Shown: positions 1 to 9,029 of the stretch, one piece after another | Layout of the letters: each line of letters starts with the position of its first letter | Numbering within the stretch: position 1 is the first letter of the stretch | Source: Leptonemataceae bacterium | Lineage (GTDB): Bacteria; Spirochaetota; Leptospiria; Leptospirales; Leptonemataceae | Direction of reading: 5' to 3' | DNA length: 64,000 bases | NCBI GenBank assembly: GCA_965227295.1 | Contig: OZ245742.1 | Span: 160,001 to 224,000 of the forward strand | The notes under the pieces: model-generated | What the model was told of the DNA's origin: nothing | Seen by the model: the letters and a program-made list of their open reading frames with translations, nothing else | Databases searched by the model: none | Program-made: the position numbers and the translations under genes

Positions 1-158
1 CGCGGGATACCTTCGCCGCCCTCGGACACTGGGGCCAGAAGATCTTCGTCATTCCCTCGCTGGACCTGGTGATCGTCCGCACCGGCGACGATCGCGAATC
101 CGGCGTCTTCGATAACAACAAATTCCTGCGGCTGCTCAAAGAGAGCGTCGTCGAGTAA
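1..158 (+). CDS. 3' end of serine hydrolase / beta-lactamase-like protein (partial)
   Basis: Frame from position 3 reads RDTFAALGHWGQKIFVIPSLDLVIVRTG...VVE then TAA at 156-158; GxxGQxxxVIPxxDLVIVR is the typical C-terminal motif of class C beta-lactamase-like hydrolases. Confidence 0.75.
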   Translation, partial: RDTFAALGHWGQKIFVIPSLDLVIVRTGDDRESGVFDNNKFLRLLKESVVE

Positions 159-180
159 CGAACAGGAGGCCGCAGCTATT

Positions 181-498
181 ATGAAGAAAATCATCATCAC
201 CGTTCTCGCCATCGTCGCAATCCTGGGCACCATGTGGGCCGCCGCCAACTCGCATCACCTGGCCGCGTTCCCGTCGATCCTGCCGTCTTACTACGCGAAA
301 GAGTTTTGCTCGTGTCACTTCGTCCTCGGCCGGGACGAGGAGTTCTGTCACCGACTCGCGCGGCAATGGTTGCCGGAGAAAGAGTTTCAGCTCGACAAAG
401 AGAAAGGCCTGGTCGTCGTAAGCGCGGTCTTTTTAGGATTCGAGCGACAGCACCAGGCGAAGTACATCGGCAAGCGCTACGGCTGCGTCCTGGAGTGA
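181..498 (+). CDS. small exported/membrane-anchored protein with AKxxCSCxFV motif
   Basis: AGGAGG upstream, N-terminal hydrophobic signal, YYAKEFCSCHFVLGR motif; directly follows the serine hydrolase. Confidence 0.7.
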   Translation: MKKIIITVLAIVAILGTMWAAANSHHLAAFPSILPSYYAKEFCSCHFVLGRDEEFCHRLARQWLPEKEFQLDKEKGLVVVSAVFLGFERQHQAKYIGKRYGCVLE

Positions 499-501
499 AT
501 C

Positions 502-1194
502 ATGTGCGGAAGATTCGCCCTCGCCGCCTCCCCCGACAGCATCGCCGCACAGTTTGAACTGCCCCTCGACCTGCCGCTGTTCCGGCACTACGCGCCCCGT
601 TACAACATCGCGCCGACGCAACCGGTGGCGGCGGTGCGCATCAGTACGGCCGGGGAGCGCGAGATCGTGCCGCTTAAGTGGGGATTGATCCCGCACTGGG
701 CCAAAGACCCGTCCATCGGCAATCGCATGATCAACGCGCGCGGCGAGACCGTAGCGGAGAAGCCGTCGTTTCGCAACTCGTTCAAGCGGCGCCGCTGCAT
801 CATTCCCGCGAGCGGCTTCTTTGAATGGAAGAAGTCCGCGGACGATCCGAAGGTCAAGCAACCGTTCTTCATTCACGCCGAGGACGGCGCGCTCTTCGGT
901 TTCGCGGGGTTGTGGGAACACTGGATGTCCAAAGAAGACGGCAGCGAACTGGAAAGCTGTGCCATCATCACCACCGCGGCCAACGCCTTCATGGCGCCGG
1001 TGCACGATCGGATGCCGGTCATCCTGCATCCGCGAGACTACGCGGACTGGCTGAATCCACGCCTGGAAACGGAGCCGAAACGTTTGCACAAACTCATTGC
1101 GCAGTACCCCGGCGACCGCATGGCCAAACACGCCGTGGATCGCCTTGTCAACTCGCCGAAGAACGACCGCCCCGAATGCGTGCAGGCGGTGTAG
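502..1194 (+). CDS. SOS response-associated peptidase (SRAP/YedK/HMCES family)
   Basis: N-terminal MCGRF, RYNIAPTQ, WGLIP, INARGET, GFFEW and VHDRMPVIL motifs. Confidence 0.95.
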   Translation: MCGRFALAASPDSIAAQFELPLDLPLFRHYAPRYNIAPTQPVAAVRISTAGEREIVPLKWGLIPHWAKDPSIGNRMINARGETVAEKPSFRNSFKRRRCIIPASGFFEWKKSADDPKVKQPFFIHAEDGALFGFAGLWEHWMSKEDGSELESCAIITTAANAFMAPVHDRMPVILHPRDYADWLNPRLETEPKRLHKLIAQYPGDRMAKHAVDRLVNSPKNDRPECVQAV

Positions 1195-1878
1195 ATGGAT
1201 TACGCCCGGCCACCGAAACACCTGCGCCAGGGAAAGAAAGGCGAACCGGAACCGCAGCGCAGGTTCCCGGGGAAAGATACGGCACCGTCCGGGCGCAAAC
1301 CGGGCTGGCTCGCGGCCATCGGCGAAAACCTTGCCCCGGACGGGCCGCCGCGTTTGCGTCTGCGACACGTCGGCATCATCCTGCTAACTGCGATTGTCCT
1401 GTACTTAGCCGGCGACTACTACTGGCGCGAAATGCGCTGGCGCTACATCGTCATTCATCACACGGCCTCGGACATCGGCGACATGGAGTTCTACAAGCGC
1501 TTCCACGTCGAAGAGCGGGGCTGGTCGAACATCGCGTATCACTTCATCATCAACAACGGCTGGAAGGACACAACGGTGGGCCAGGTCGAAGAGAGCGAGC
1601 TGTGGAAGGAACGCCGCGCGAATCTCTCGACGCGCCAGTGGTATGCCAACTACTTCGGCATCGCCGTGGTGATGGTGGGGAATATCGAAGCACACCCGCC
1701 GCCGCCGTTGCAGAAAGAAGCGCTCGTGACGTTGCTCACGAACCTATCGCGGGACTACGGCATCCCGCCGGAGCGCATCATCGGTCATCGCGAGATTCAG
1801 AACACGGCGTGCCCGGGGAAACATCTGAACATGGTGGAGATTCGCAAGCTGGTGGCGGAGAACTTGAAGGAGCGGTGA
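1195..1878 (+). CDS. membrane-anchored N-acetylmuramoyl-L-alanine amidase (Amidase_2 / PGRP-like)
   Basis: TM segment followed by IVIHHTAS, GWSNIAYHFII and IIGHRE...TACPG zinc-amidase motifs. Confidence 0.9.
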   Translation: MDYARPPKHLRQGKKGEPEPQRRFPGKDTAPSGRKPGWLAAIGENLAPDGPPRLRLRHVGIILLTAIVLYLAGDYYWREMRWRYIVIHHTASDIGDMEFYKRFHVEERGWSNIAYHFIINNGWKDTTVGQVEESELWKERRANLSTRQWYANYFGIAVVMVGNIEAHPPPPLQKEALVTLLTNLSRDYGIPPERIIGHREIQNTACPGKHLNMVEIRKLVAENLKER

Positions 1879-2038
1879 ATCGCGGCTGAGGCGGATCGTG
1901 GTGTAAGTGACGGTCAACGTATGCCAGGAAGAATATGGTCACGGCTGGTTCCAGCAGATGAACGGAGGTCATGCCGGGGGACGTGGTAAGGCGCACCGGA
2001 ACGGCGTCTTCGTTGCGAAATACGTTACGGTAACTGCA

Positions 2039-2902
2039 TCACAAACCGACGCCCGGGTCGAGGCGTTTGCGGACCATCGCACGAATGCGATCCCACAACG
2101 GATGCAACGTCACCGGTTGCGCTTCAGCCAGTTCAAAGAACGTACTCAACATCGCCGAAGCCCGCGCCATGTGCGTACCGCGCAGCTTGCCGGAGTCGCG
2201 CGCTTCCAGCAGGCGCTGTTCATTTTCCTGAAACTTCTCCGGAACCATGACCTGCTCTCGCCGCAACATCGCCGCCGATAACAACGCCATGCTGGTAAGT
2301 TCCCGCCGCATGAGTTGCGCGCCGTACTTCGAATAAACCGCGCGATCCAGCACGACCACGTCGTCCGCCGGCACCGAAAGTTCCTTCGCCTCGACAATGA
2401 AGTGCGACATGTCCGACTCCGCCGTACGTTCCAGGGTGAGCCCGTCTTCCGTACGCGGCGTCCAGGTCTGCGCATCGTCACCGTCCTTGCGCCGCACGAA
2501 CGCCAGGGCCACGGAACCATCCAGCGCGCGGCCGTCTTCCCCATGCGGCATGCCCAGCACAATCAGGGCGTCGCAATCCATGACGTAGGTTTTACGGAAC
2601 GTAAGTTTGTACGATTCCCCGCCGCGCACGCAGCGGGCCCGCAGGTTTTCCAGACGCCCCTTCCAGTTCTCCTCGGCGGCGCCGAACATCAAACGCTCCG
2701 GTTGTTTCAGCAAAGCCGCATAACGATCCGGCCACAGGTTTCGCAGCAAGAACACCGGCACGTTGAACATCACCATGGCCGGAAAGACGTCGCCGACCAG
2801 GCCGGTCTGTTCCAGGCGACGCTGCAACGCACGCTGGTAATCGCCCTCGTTGGCTTCCAGCCATTCGCGGGACGGGGGATAGCTGATACTGTGGAAGATC
2901 AT
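2039..2902 (-). CDS. hypothetical protein
   Basis: 287-aa ORF starting 1 nt after the dapF stop, with normal protein-like composition; no family recognised. Confidence 0.65.
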   Translation of the reverse strand: MIFHSISYPPSREWLEANEGDYQRALQRRLEQTGLVGDVFPAMVMFNVPVFLLRNLWPDRYAALLKQPERLMFGAAEENWKGRLENLRARCVRGGESYKLTFRKTYVMDCDALIVLGMPHGEDGRALDGSVALAFVRRKDGDDAQTWTPRTEDGLTLERTAESDMSHFIVEAKELSVPADDVVVLDRAVYSKYGAQLMRRELTSMALLSAAMLRREQVMVPEKFQENEQRLLEARDSGKLRGTHMARASAMLSTFFELAEAQPVTLHPLWDRIRAMVRKRLDPGVGL

Positions 2903-2903
2903 A

Positions 2904-3842
2904 TTAAAGCGTGCCCGTAAACGCCACGCGCGCAGGCCCGCGCATCTTCACGCCGCCGGGATTCGCGACGTCGCCGTTCCACTCCAGCTCCAGTACGCCG
3001 CCGCGCACGCGAATCTTGCCGCGACGTTCGGCACGGCCGGTCAACACCGCGGCGACGTGTACCGCGCACGCCCCGCTGCCGCACGACAGCGTCTCGCCGC
3101 TGCCGCGTTCGAACGTGCGCTGATAGAGTCCGGGCAATTCCGGATCCGGCGAAACGAACTCCACGTTCGTACGCTCCGGAAACGCCGGATGATGTTCCAG
3201 CAACGGACCCAACAGCTCCACCGGCTCCCGGTCCGCGTCATCCACGAACAGGACCAGGTGCGGATTGCCCATCGAGACCACGACGCCGCGAACTTCGAGG
3301 TCGTTGCTGCCGTGATCGCGCAGCGCCGTCGGTACTTCGAGCTGTAGCGGCACGTCGATGAGCGGGCCGTCGGCGGAATGACCGTTGCCTTTGAAAGGAA
3401 TGCGTTCGGCCGCGAAGATGGGCGGGCCCACGTCGATCTCGAAGACACCGGAACGCGACGACTCGTCGAACTCCAACACGCGCGCGCGATGCGAACCGGC
3501 CCCGCTTTCCAGAACAAACTCGGTTTCGCCGCTGCGCCGGTGAACGTGCAGGGCAATGCAGCGCAGGGCGTTCCCGCACATCGCCGAGCTGCTACCGTCG
3601 GCGTTCCACATGAGCATGCGAGCCCGGGCCTCGGGGGATTGCGGCGGCGCGATAAGCACGACACCGTCCCCGCCCACGCCGGTTCGCCGGTCCGAGATGC
3701 GGCGGATCGTTTCCGTGTTCGGCACGGGCACCGCGTCGGCCGGAAAATCCAGGGCGTCGAAGAAGACGTAATCGTTGGCCGTGCCCTCCATCTTCACGAA
3801 GCCCGGCAACGCGCGCAGGAAGTCTGTATCGGAAAATTTCAT
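2904..3842 (-). CDS. dapF: diaminopimelate epimerase
   Basis: FVKMEGTANDY, RRTGVGGDG, NADGS-MCGNALRC, SMGNPH, NVEFV and ERGSGETLSCGSGAC (both catalytic Cys). Confidence 0.97.
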   Translation of the reverse strand: MKFSDTDFLRALPGFVKMEGTANDYVFFDALDFPADAVPVPNTETIRRISDRRTGVGGDGVVLIAPPQSPEARARMLMWNADGSSSAMCGNALRCIALHVHRRSGETEFVLESGAGSHRARVLEFDESSRSGVFEIDVGPPIFAAERIPFKGNGHSADGPLIDVPLQLEVPTALRDHGSNDLEVRGVVVSMGNPHLVLFVDDADREPVELLGPLLEHHPAFPERTNVEFVSPDPELPGLYQRTFERGSGETLSCGSGACAVHVAAVLTGRAERRGKIRVRGGVLELEWNGDVANPGGVKMRGPARVAFTGTL

Positions 3843-3979
3843 ATGATGTTACGATTATGAACCCGGCATATGCCCCGGCCGGATTATGTTCCCCAACGGC
3901 GCAAAAAAACGGAAAGATCTTACAAAATCATCAAAAAAGAGCGGAACGATTTTACGATTCTTCTCCCTGTATCCTGCCA

Positions 3980-4804
3980 ATGTCGCTCCCTGGAAAGAAT
4001 CAGACGCCGCAGCAACGGGACGAGTTACGCCACCTTCCCGAGCAGTACTGGCGCGACGGCGATCTGGGACGCTTTATGGAAGAAGCCTCCCCGCTGATTC
4101 TCTCTTATTGTCGTCGCCGGTTGAGCCGGGACCCGGACCTCATCGGCGACTTCTACGTGCATTTCTACGAGCGAGCCCCCACGTGCCTGGAAAAATTCCG
4201 CGCCCGGGTCGATCGCCAGACCTTCACCGGATATCTCTGCACCTACGTGCGCCACGAATTTTTTAACTATCTCCGGGCCCGGCGCCAGCACAGCGTCGAC
4301 GAGTTTTCGGCACCGGAGATCTTCGGCCTGGCCGGGGCGGCCAAACCGCAGGCCTCCCATTCCTCGCTCAGCGCCCGCCTCTATGACAGCATCGATGAAC
4401 TGCCCCTGGAGTCCAGGCTCCCGCTGAAGCTGTACTATGGCGTCGAACCGAGCCTGGAAGAACTGCGCGCCCTCGTGGAGACATCCGGCTCCGCGTCCCG
4501 GGCGGCGGAGTTGCTGGATCGCATGCGCCGTCGTCGCCGGCACATCGGACACCAACTGCAGCGCTGCCGGGATCGCATCGCCTACCTCAGCCGCATGATC
4601 CACCGCAGCCCGGCCGATCATCCGCGTCAGCACAACTGGAAGCGCTGGAAGGATCGCCTCCACGAAAGCCTGGAACGGGAACGACCGGTACTGAGCCTGG
4701 CGGAGATCGGCGATCTGATGCAGATCAGCAAGTCCACGGCCCTGCGACGCATTCGACGCTGCGGTCGCTCGCTGCGCAATCGGCCGGACCTTGCCGGAAT
4801 TTGA
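3980..4804 (+). CDS. sigma-70 family RNA polymerase sigma factor-like protein
   Basis: Region-2-like segment (FYVHFYE...FTGYLCTYVRHEFFNYLR) and C-terminal HTH (LSLAEIGDLMQISKSTALRRI); ATG at 3980 chosen over upstream starts. Confidence 0.7.
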   Translation: MSLPGKNQTPQQRDELRHLPEQYWRDGDLGRFMEEASPLILSYCRRRLSRDPDLIGDFYVHFYERAPTCLEKFRARVDRQTFTGYLCTYVRHEFFNYLRARRQHSVDEFSAPEIFGLAGAAKPQASHSSLSARLYDSIDELPLESRLPLKLYYGVEPSLEELRALVETSGSASRAAELLDRMRRRRRHIGHQLQRCRDRIAYLSRMIHRSPADHPRQHNWKRWKDRLHESLERERPVLSLAEIGDLMQISKSTALRRIRRCGRSLRNRPDLAGI

Positions 4805-5229
4805 AGACCCTTCTAACGATTCTTGAACAAAGGAAACGCACTATGTCACTTACTGTAGAAGATCCCGTCGCATTTGTATACTCCCGCTCCCGGGGACGTC
4901 TGACGCTGCCCCCGGGCCGATTCGAACGGTGTTTCCGGCCGGCCTTTCGATCGTCCGGTACCGGAGTCATACACTCGGACATCGTTCCGCTGGGAACGGC
5001 CTATGCCTTGCTTGAACTGCGCGGTGATGACACGTCCATGCGGCTGCAAGTCGAGGGCGGGGGCAAAAACGCCGAGCGGATTAGTATTTCGCTTTACACA
5101 AACGGGGATCTGTTAGAAAAATCGTTTCTCGGTGCCCGACGCAGTTGGGACCTCGGTTCCTTCCAGCCAGGCTCCTACCGCCTCGAATGCAATAACGTCA
5201 CCGCATTATCTTTTCAGATTCAGGAATGA
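4801..5229 (+). CDS. hypothetical protein (beta-rich)
   Basis: Overlaps both the sigma stop and the STAS start (coupled operon); alternative ATG at 4843. Confidence 0.6.
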   Translation: MKTLLTILEQRKRTMSLTVEDPVAFVYSRSRGRLTLPPGRFERCFRPAFRSSGTGVIHSDIVPLGTAYALLELRGDDTSMRLQVEGGGKNAERISISLYTNGDLLEKSFLGARRSWDLGSFQPGSYRLECNNVTALSFQIQE

Positions 5230-5567
5230 AAGTGAAAGTCGTAACGAAAGGCGAAGTCAACATAGTAAGGATTGAAGGCGCCATCAAGTCCGGCGACGAA
5301 TACAATCTCGCCGAAAAAATGGAGAAGTACATCAAGCCCGGCCAGGCTCCCAAGTTCATCATCGACATGAAGAAAGTCCCCTTCGTCAACTCGGCGGCTC
5401 TCGGGGTCTTTCTGAACATCTACAAACACGTCGACAATCTCAAAGGCCGCATGGTCTTCGCCGGCCTCAATGCCGACGTCGAGAACCTCATGGAAATTAC
5501 GAAGCTCTCCTCGATCTTCGAAATCTTCCGCACGGTGGACGAAGCTCTGGAAAGCTACGATTTCTAA
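5226..5567 (+). CDS. STAS domain anti-sigma factor antagonist
   Basis: IIDMKKVPFVNSAALGVFL motif; 113 aa. Confidence 0.92.
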   Translation: MKVKVVTKGEVNIVRIEGAIKSGDEYNLAEKMEKYIKPGQAPKFIIDMKKVPFVNSAALGVFLNIYKHVDNLKGRMVFAGLNADVENLMEITKLSSIFEIFRTVDEALESYDF

Positions 5568-5591
5568 GCAGATCGAGTACTTCTTACGGCT

Positions 5592-5626
5592 AAAAACCGG
5601 CGTTCCGAATGGGCGCCGGTTTTTTT
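5592..5626. terminator. bidirectional rho-independent terminator
   Basis: AAAAACCGGCG-loop-CGCCGGTTTTTTT hairpin between convergent genes. Confidence 0.85.
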
Positions 5627-5636
5627 ATTGCTCTCG

Positions 5637-7598
5637 TTAATAATGTAAACTCCCTTTGTAGTACAACGACCGGCTGAGCCGGGTGGCCCGCGGGTTGTCC
5701 GGGGCGATTTCCAGAACCTCTTCCAGAACAGCGCGGGCCTCGTAGTAGTCGCTGTTGAGCCGGTAGAGTTCGGCGAGGTTTAACAGATTCATAATGTGAC
5801 CGCGGTCCCGCAGGCGGCAACGCTCCCCGAAGTCGATGCCGCGCGACAACGGAACGTCGCCGTCGAGCAGATACGTGGCGCGCACGCCGAAGGCCGCGAT
5901 GTACAAATACTCCGTCTCCGACGGCACCAGCCAGGCCAGGGTTTCGTAGACCCGCGAAGAGTCTTTGATGCGCCGGTTCGCGCGATAGATGGTCGCCAGG
6001 TACGGATAGATTTCCGGATCGTCGTCCTTGAAGGCCAGGGCCTTTTCGAAGGCCTCGCAGGCGTCCGCGTATTTGCCGGCCTGGAAGTACTTCTTGCCCT
6101 TTTGTTTCAGATGAATGTATCCCGGCGGCGGCATGTGATAGTCGTCGGCCTCCTCCTGGCGATACGCCGCCCGCAGGATGCTGACGTCGTCGGCCAGCGT
6201 GCCCGTTTCCAGCGTTCGATCCAATATGCCGTTCAGATCGCCGCGCGCATCTTCCACCAGGCGCAGAAACAGCGCCTCGTCCTCGTTCATGGTGTCTTCT
6301 TCGCCGCTCTCACCGGGAGCGATGAGGATGTCCTGGCGCCCGTCGGAACCGATCAACAACACGTCCCGGGCCGCAAGTTGCAGGACATTGATTTGAAAGG
6401 GTTTGTTTAATCCGGCCATGCCCTGCATGCCGAGCTTCGGCATGATGTACTCATCGTCGCGGGCAAAGCGCGCCCGGCCGTCGCGATACAACACGACGCG
6501 CGGATGCTCGGCGTTCACATAGTAGGCCACCCCGCGCTGTTCTTCGATGAGCCCGCAGACGACGGTGGCCGTCATGCTGCCGTCGAAGGATCGAAAGACG
6601 TCGTGCAATTGTTGAAAGCAATCCTGCAACCAGCGTTCCGGCGAACGAGCGGCGGCGGCGGCGCTGTGCTCCGAACGACTGAGAATGGACTTGAAAACCG
6701 TGCCGAGGACCAGAGCTCCGCCGGCCCCCTGCATGGACTTGCCCATGGCGTCACCGTTGATGAAGGCCGTGTAGTCACGGTTCTGCAAACGAATGCGCTG
6801 GGCCGCGGAGAGATCGCCGCCGAGTTCCACATCCCAGCGTCGAAAGCGGAAGGCCTTCATCTGTCGGGTAACAACCTCGATCTTTAAGTGCGGGCTCGCC
6901 ACGTCGCTACCGGTCAGCGGTTCAATGAGGCGGCTCGTGAGAAAGTAGTCCCCGTCCTGTCGACTCTTCAGGATGTTCAACTGGCGCACGGTGGCGGCGA
7001 GTATGCGCGTCTTGCGATTGCTTTCGATGGTTTGCCGCAGCAGACGATCCCGATAGAAGACCGCCGCCACACTGAATACGATCACACCGATCAACGACGG
7101 CACGATAGCCTGGGATTCGTACTCGCCGGCAATGAACAGGGCGCACGACAGTGCAAAGATGACCGCCAGATTCAACAGGGCGACGCGCGGCTGCATGTGA
7201 ACGAGCATCGCAAACGAGAAGATCAACAGCACCAGGACGTACGGTGTGCCGGTGGCGGGGTTCAGAAACAGCAGGACGAGCTGACAGACGATGAGGGAGT
7301 ATCCCGCCACGAGAAAGGCCGGGAGAACCCAGCGACGCAGGCCGCGCCGGGAAAGACCGACGGCAACAAACAGTACGAAACAAACGGCGAAGACGGTCAG
7401 ATCGCCGAGGACGAAGTAGTTCCGAATCTGCGCGCCGGCGCTCGCCCCGACCAAAAAGTAATCCAGCACGGCAAAGGCCGGCATGATCAAGCAGAGCATG
7501 GTCACCACGAAGGGCATGAGTCGCAGGTTCTGGCGCCGGTACTCCACCGCCAGTTCCCGTTGCGCCCGCGAGCGTCGGCCTGCGAACAAACTTTTCAT
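5637..7598 (-). CDS. membrane SpoIIE/PP2C serine phosphatase with C-terminal TPRs
   Basis: N-terminal TM helices; QDGDYFLTSRL, LGGDL, GDAMGKSMQGAGGAL, GSDG and DDVSIL motifs; TPR-like tail. Confidence 0.92.
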   Translation of the reverse strand: MKSLFAGRRSRAQRELAVEYRRQNLRLMPFVVTMLCLIMPAFAVLDYFLVGASAGAQIRNYFVLGDLTVFAVCFVLFVAVGLSRRGLRRWVLPAFLVAGYSLIVCQLVLLFLNPATGTPYVLVLLIFSFAMLVHMQPRVALLNLAVIFALSCALFIAGEYESQAIVPSLIGVIVFSVAAVFYRDRLLRQTIESNRKTRILAATVRQLNILKSRQDGDYFLTSRLIEPLTGSDVASPHLKIEVVTRQMKAFRFRRWDVELGGDLSAAQRIRLQNRDYTAFINGDAMGKSMQGAGGALVLGTVFKSILSRSEHSAAAAARSPERWLQDCFQQLHDVFRSFDGSMTATVVCGLIEEQRGVAYYVNAEHPRVVLYRDGRARFARDDEYIMPKLGMQGMAGLNKPFQINVLQLAARDVLLIGSDGRQDILIAPGESGEEDTMNEDEALFLRLVEDARGDLNGILDRTLETGTLADDVSILRAAYRQEEADDYHMPPPGYIHLKQKGKKYFQAGKYADACEAFEKALAFKDDDPEIYPYLATIYRANRRIKDSSRVYETLAWLVPSETEYLYIAAFGVRATYLLDGDVPLSRGIDFGERCRLRDRGHIMNLLNLAELYRLNSDYYEARAVLEEVLEIAPDNPRATRLSRSLYYKGSLHY

Positions 7599-7613
7599 GG
7601 ATGGAAACTCACC

Positions 7614-8054
7614 TCAAAACTCTTGATGCAGAATGTTACGGCCCCGGGCATGCACGGTTCTCGCGATCAGGTACATCAGCAGGCCGGAAGGTCCTAAGAA
7701 AAGCGTAAATACCAGACACGGCGCGCTGATCCAACGAGAAATCCCCCGGCTGCGTGCGTTTTCGCTGATCCAGGTTCCGACCACAAGATCAAAGCAAAGA
7801 TAATGGACCCAGCCGGCCAACAGCACATACGGATGCTGGAACAGGAGGGCTACGTCCGCAAGGGAGCCGAAGCCGCCCTCGGCCTGGCCGAAATAGCGGA
7901 TTACCAACCACACGTAGAGCACGGCCAGGAGCGCCGGGAGCAACATGGCGTGAACCACGATGCGCGTACCGCGCCAGTCGGGGAGAATCAGCAGGAGGAG
8001 CCAGCCGGGAAGCACTCCGTAGGTGGCGAGGGTGAACAGGGTTTCATAGTGCAT
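7614..8054 (-). CDS. ABA4-like / DUF4281 membrane protein
   Basis: LPGWLLL, GGFGSLADV, LAGWVHYLCFDL and LFLGPSGLL motifs; ATG at 8054. Confidence 0.85.
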   Translation of the reverse strand: MHYETLFTLATYGVLPGWLLLLILPDWRGTRIVVHAMLLPALLAVLYVWLVIRYFGQAEGGFGSLADVALLFQHPYVLLAGWVHYLCFDLVVGTWISENARSRGISRWISAPCLVFTLFLGPSGLLMYLIARTVHARGRNILHQEF

Positions 8055-8201
8055 CCGTTCCTTATGAGACGAATCATCCGGTGTTGAAAGAGTTTTTTTT
8101 GCCGCGCAAGGCCGTGCTAACTTTTTCTGAACAAAAGCTACGGCGAGTCTACGCCAGGAAATAGCCCTTGCATGGAAGGGCCGTTCTGTACGGATGTGCG
8201 C

Positions 8202-9026
8202 ATGAGCGGACGGAATCGTAGCATTGTCCTCCTGACGGACTTCGGCCTCGTGGACTGGTTCGTCGGAGTCATGCACGGCGTCATTGCCGGCATCGCTCCC
8301 GGCGTCGGCGTCGTCGATTTGTCCCACGAGGTGCGTCGCGGCGACGTGCGCGACGGCGCCTTTTTTCTCGAAGCCGCGGTGCCGTACTTTCCGGAGGGCA
8401 CCATCTTCTGCTGCGTCGTGGACCCGGGCGTCGGTACACACCGGCGCGCCGTGATCGTCGAAGCCGACGGGCGTTTCTTTGTCGCTCCGGACAACGGTCT
8501 GCTTTCGTACGTCCTGCCGGTCGCGGAGGCCGGAGCGTTAACCGCGTTCGCCGTCGAACATCCGGACTGGATGCTTGCAAGTCCGAGCAGTACCTTTCAC
8601 GGCCGGGACGTCTTCGCGCCGGCCGCGGCACATCTTGCCGCAGGGAGCGACATCCGCACGGCCGGGCCCGAACTCAAGCCGGCCGATCTGGTACGTCTGG
8701 AACGATTGCAACCAACCTTCGCGGACGAGCACGTGCACGGCAACGTGTTGCACGTGGATCGTTTCGGGAATCTCATCAGCAACATTCGCGGGGACATCCT
8801 GCGAGATCGCTATCCCGATCGCCCGTCGGCGCACTGGCATCTGCGGATTCGGAACCTGCTGCTGAACGGCCTCGCCACGACCTACGGTGACCGCGCCCCC
8901 GGCGAATTTTTGTTCTATGACGGATCGGCGGGGTACATCGAGGTTGCCGAGAATTTGGGAAACGCGGCGGAACGACTGGGCGCGGATGCCGGCTCGAAGG
9001 TGGAGTTGTTTTTTACACAGGCCTGA
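8202..9026 (+). CDS. SAM hydroxide adenosyltransferase (DUF62; SAM-dependent chlorinase/fluorinase family)
   Basis: LLTDFG, VVDPGVGTHRR, APDNGLL, STFHGRDVFAP and HVDRFGNLISN motifs. Confidence 0.93.
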   Translation: MSGRNRSIVLLTDFGLVDWFVGVMHGVIAGIAPGVGVVDLSHEVRRGDVRDGAFFLEAAVPYFPEGTIFCCVVDPGVGTHRRAVIVEADGRFFVAPDNGLLSYVLPVAEAGALTAFAVEHPDWMLASPSSTFHGRDVFAPAAAHLAAGSDIRTAGPELKPADLVRLERLQPTFADEHVHGNVLHVDRFGNLISNIRGDILRDRYPDRPSAHWHLRIRNLLLNGLATTYGDRAPGEFLFYDGSAGYIEVAENLGNAAERLGADAGSKVELFFTQA

Positions 9027-9029
9027 AAC

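Noticed and set aside
502-1878. Prophage or SOS-mutagenesis cassette (SRAP plus amidase)
   Set aside because: No phage structural, integrase, umuDC or imuABC genes are nearby, and the amidase has a TM anchor like a cellular enzyme.
8202-9026. SAM-dependent halogenase (fluorinase/chlorinase)
   Set aside because: It has the Asp-Arg-His pattern (VVDPGVG..RR, STFHGRD) of DUF62 SAM hydrolases and no secondary-metabolite cluster context.
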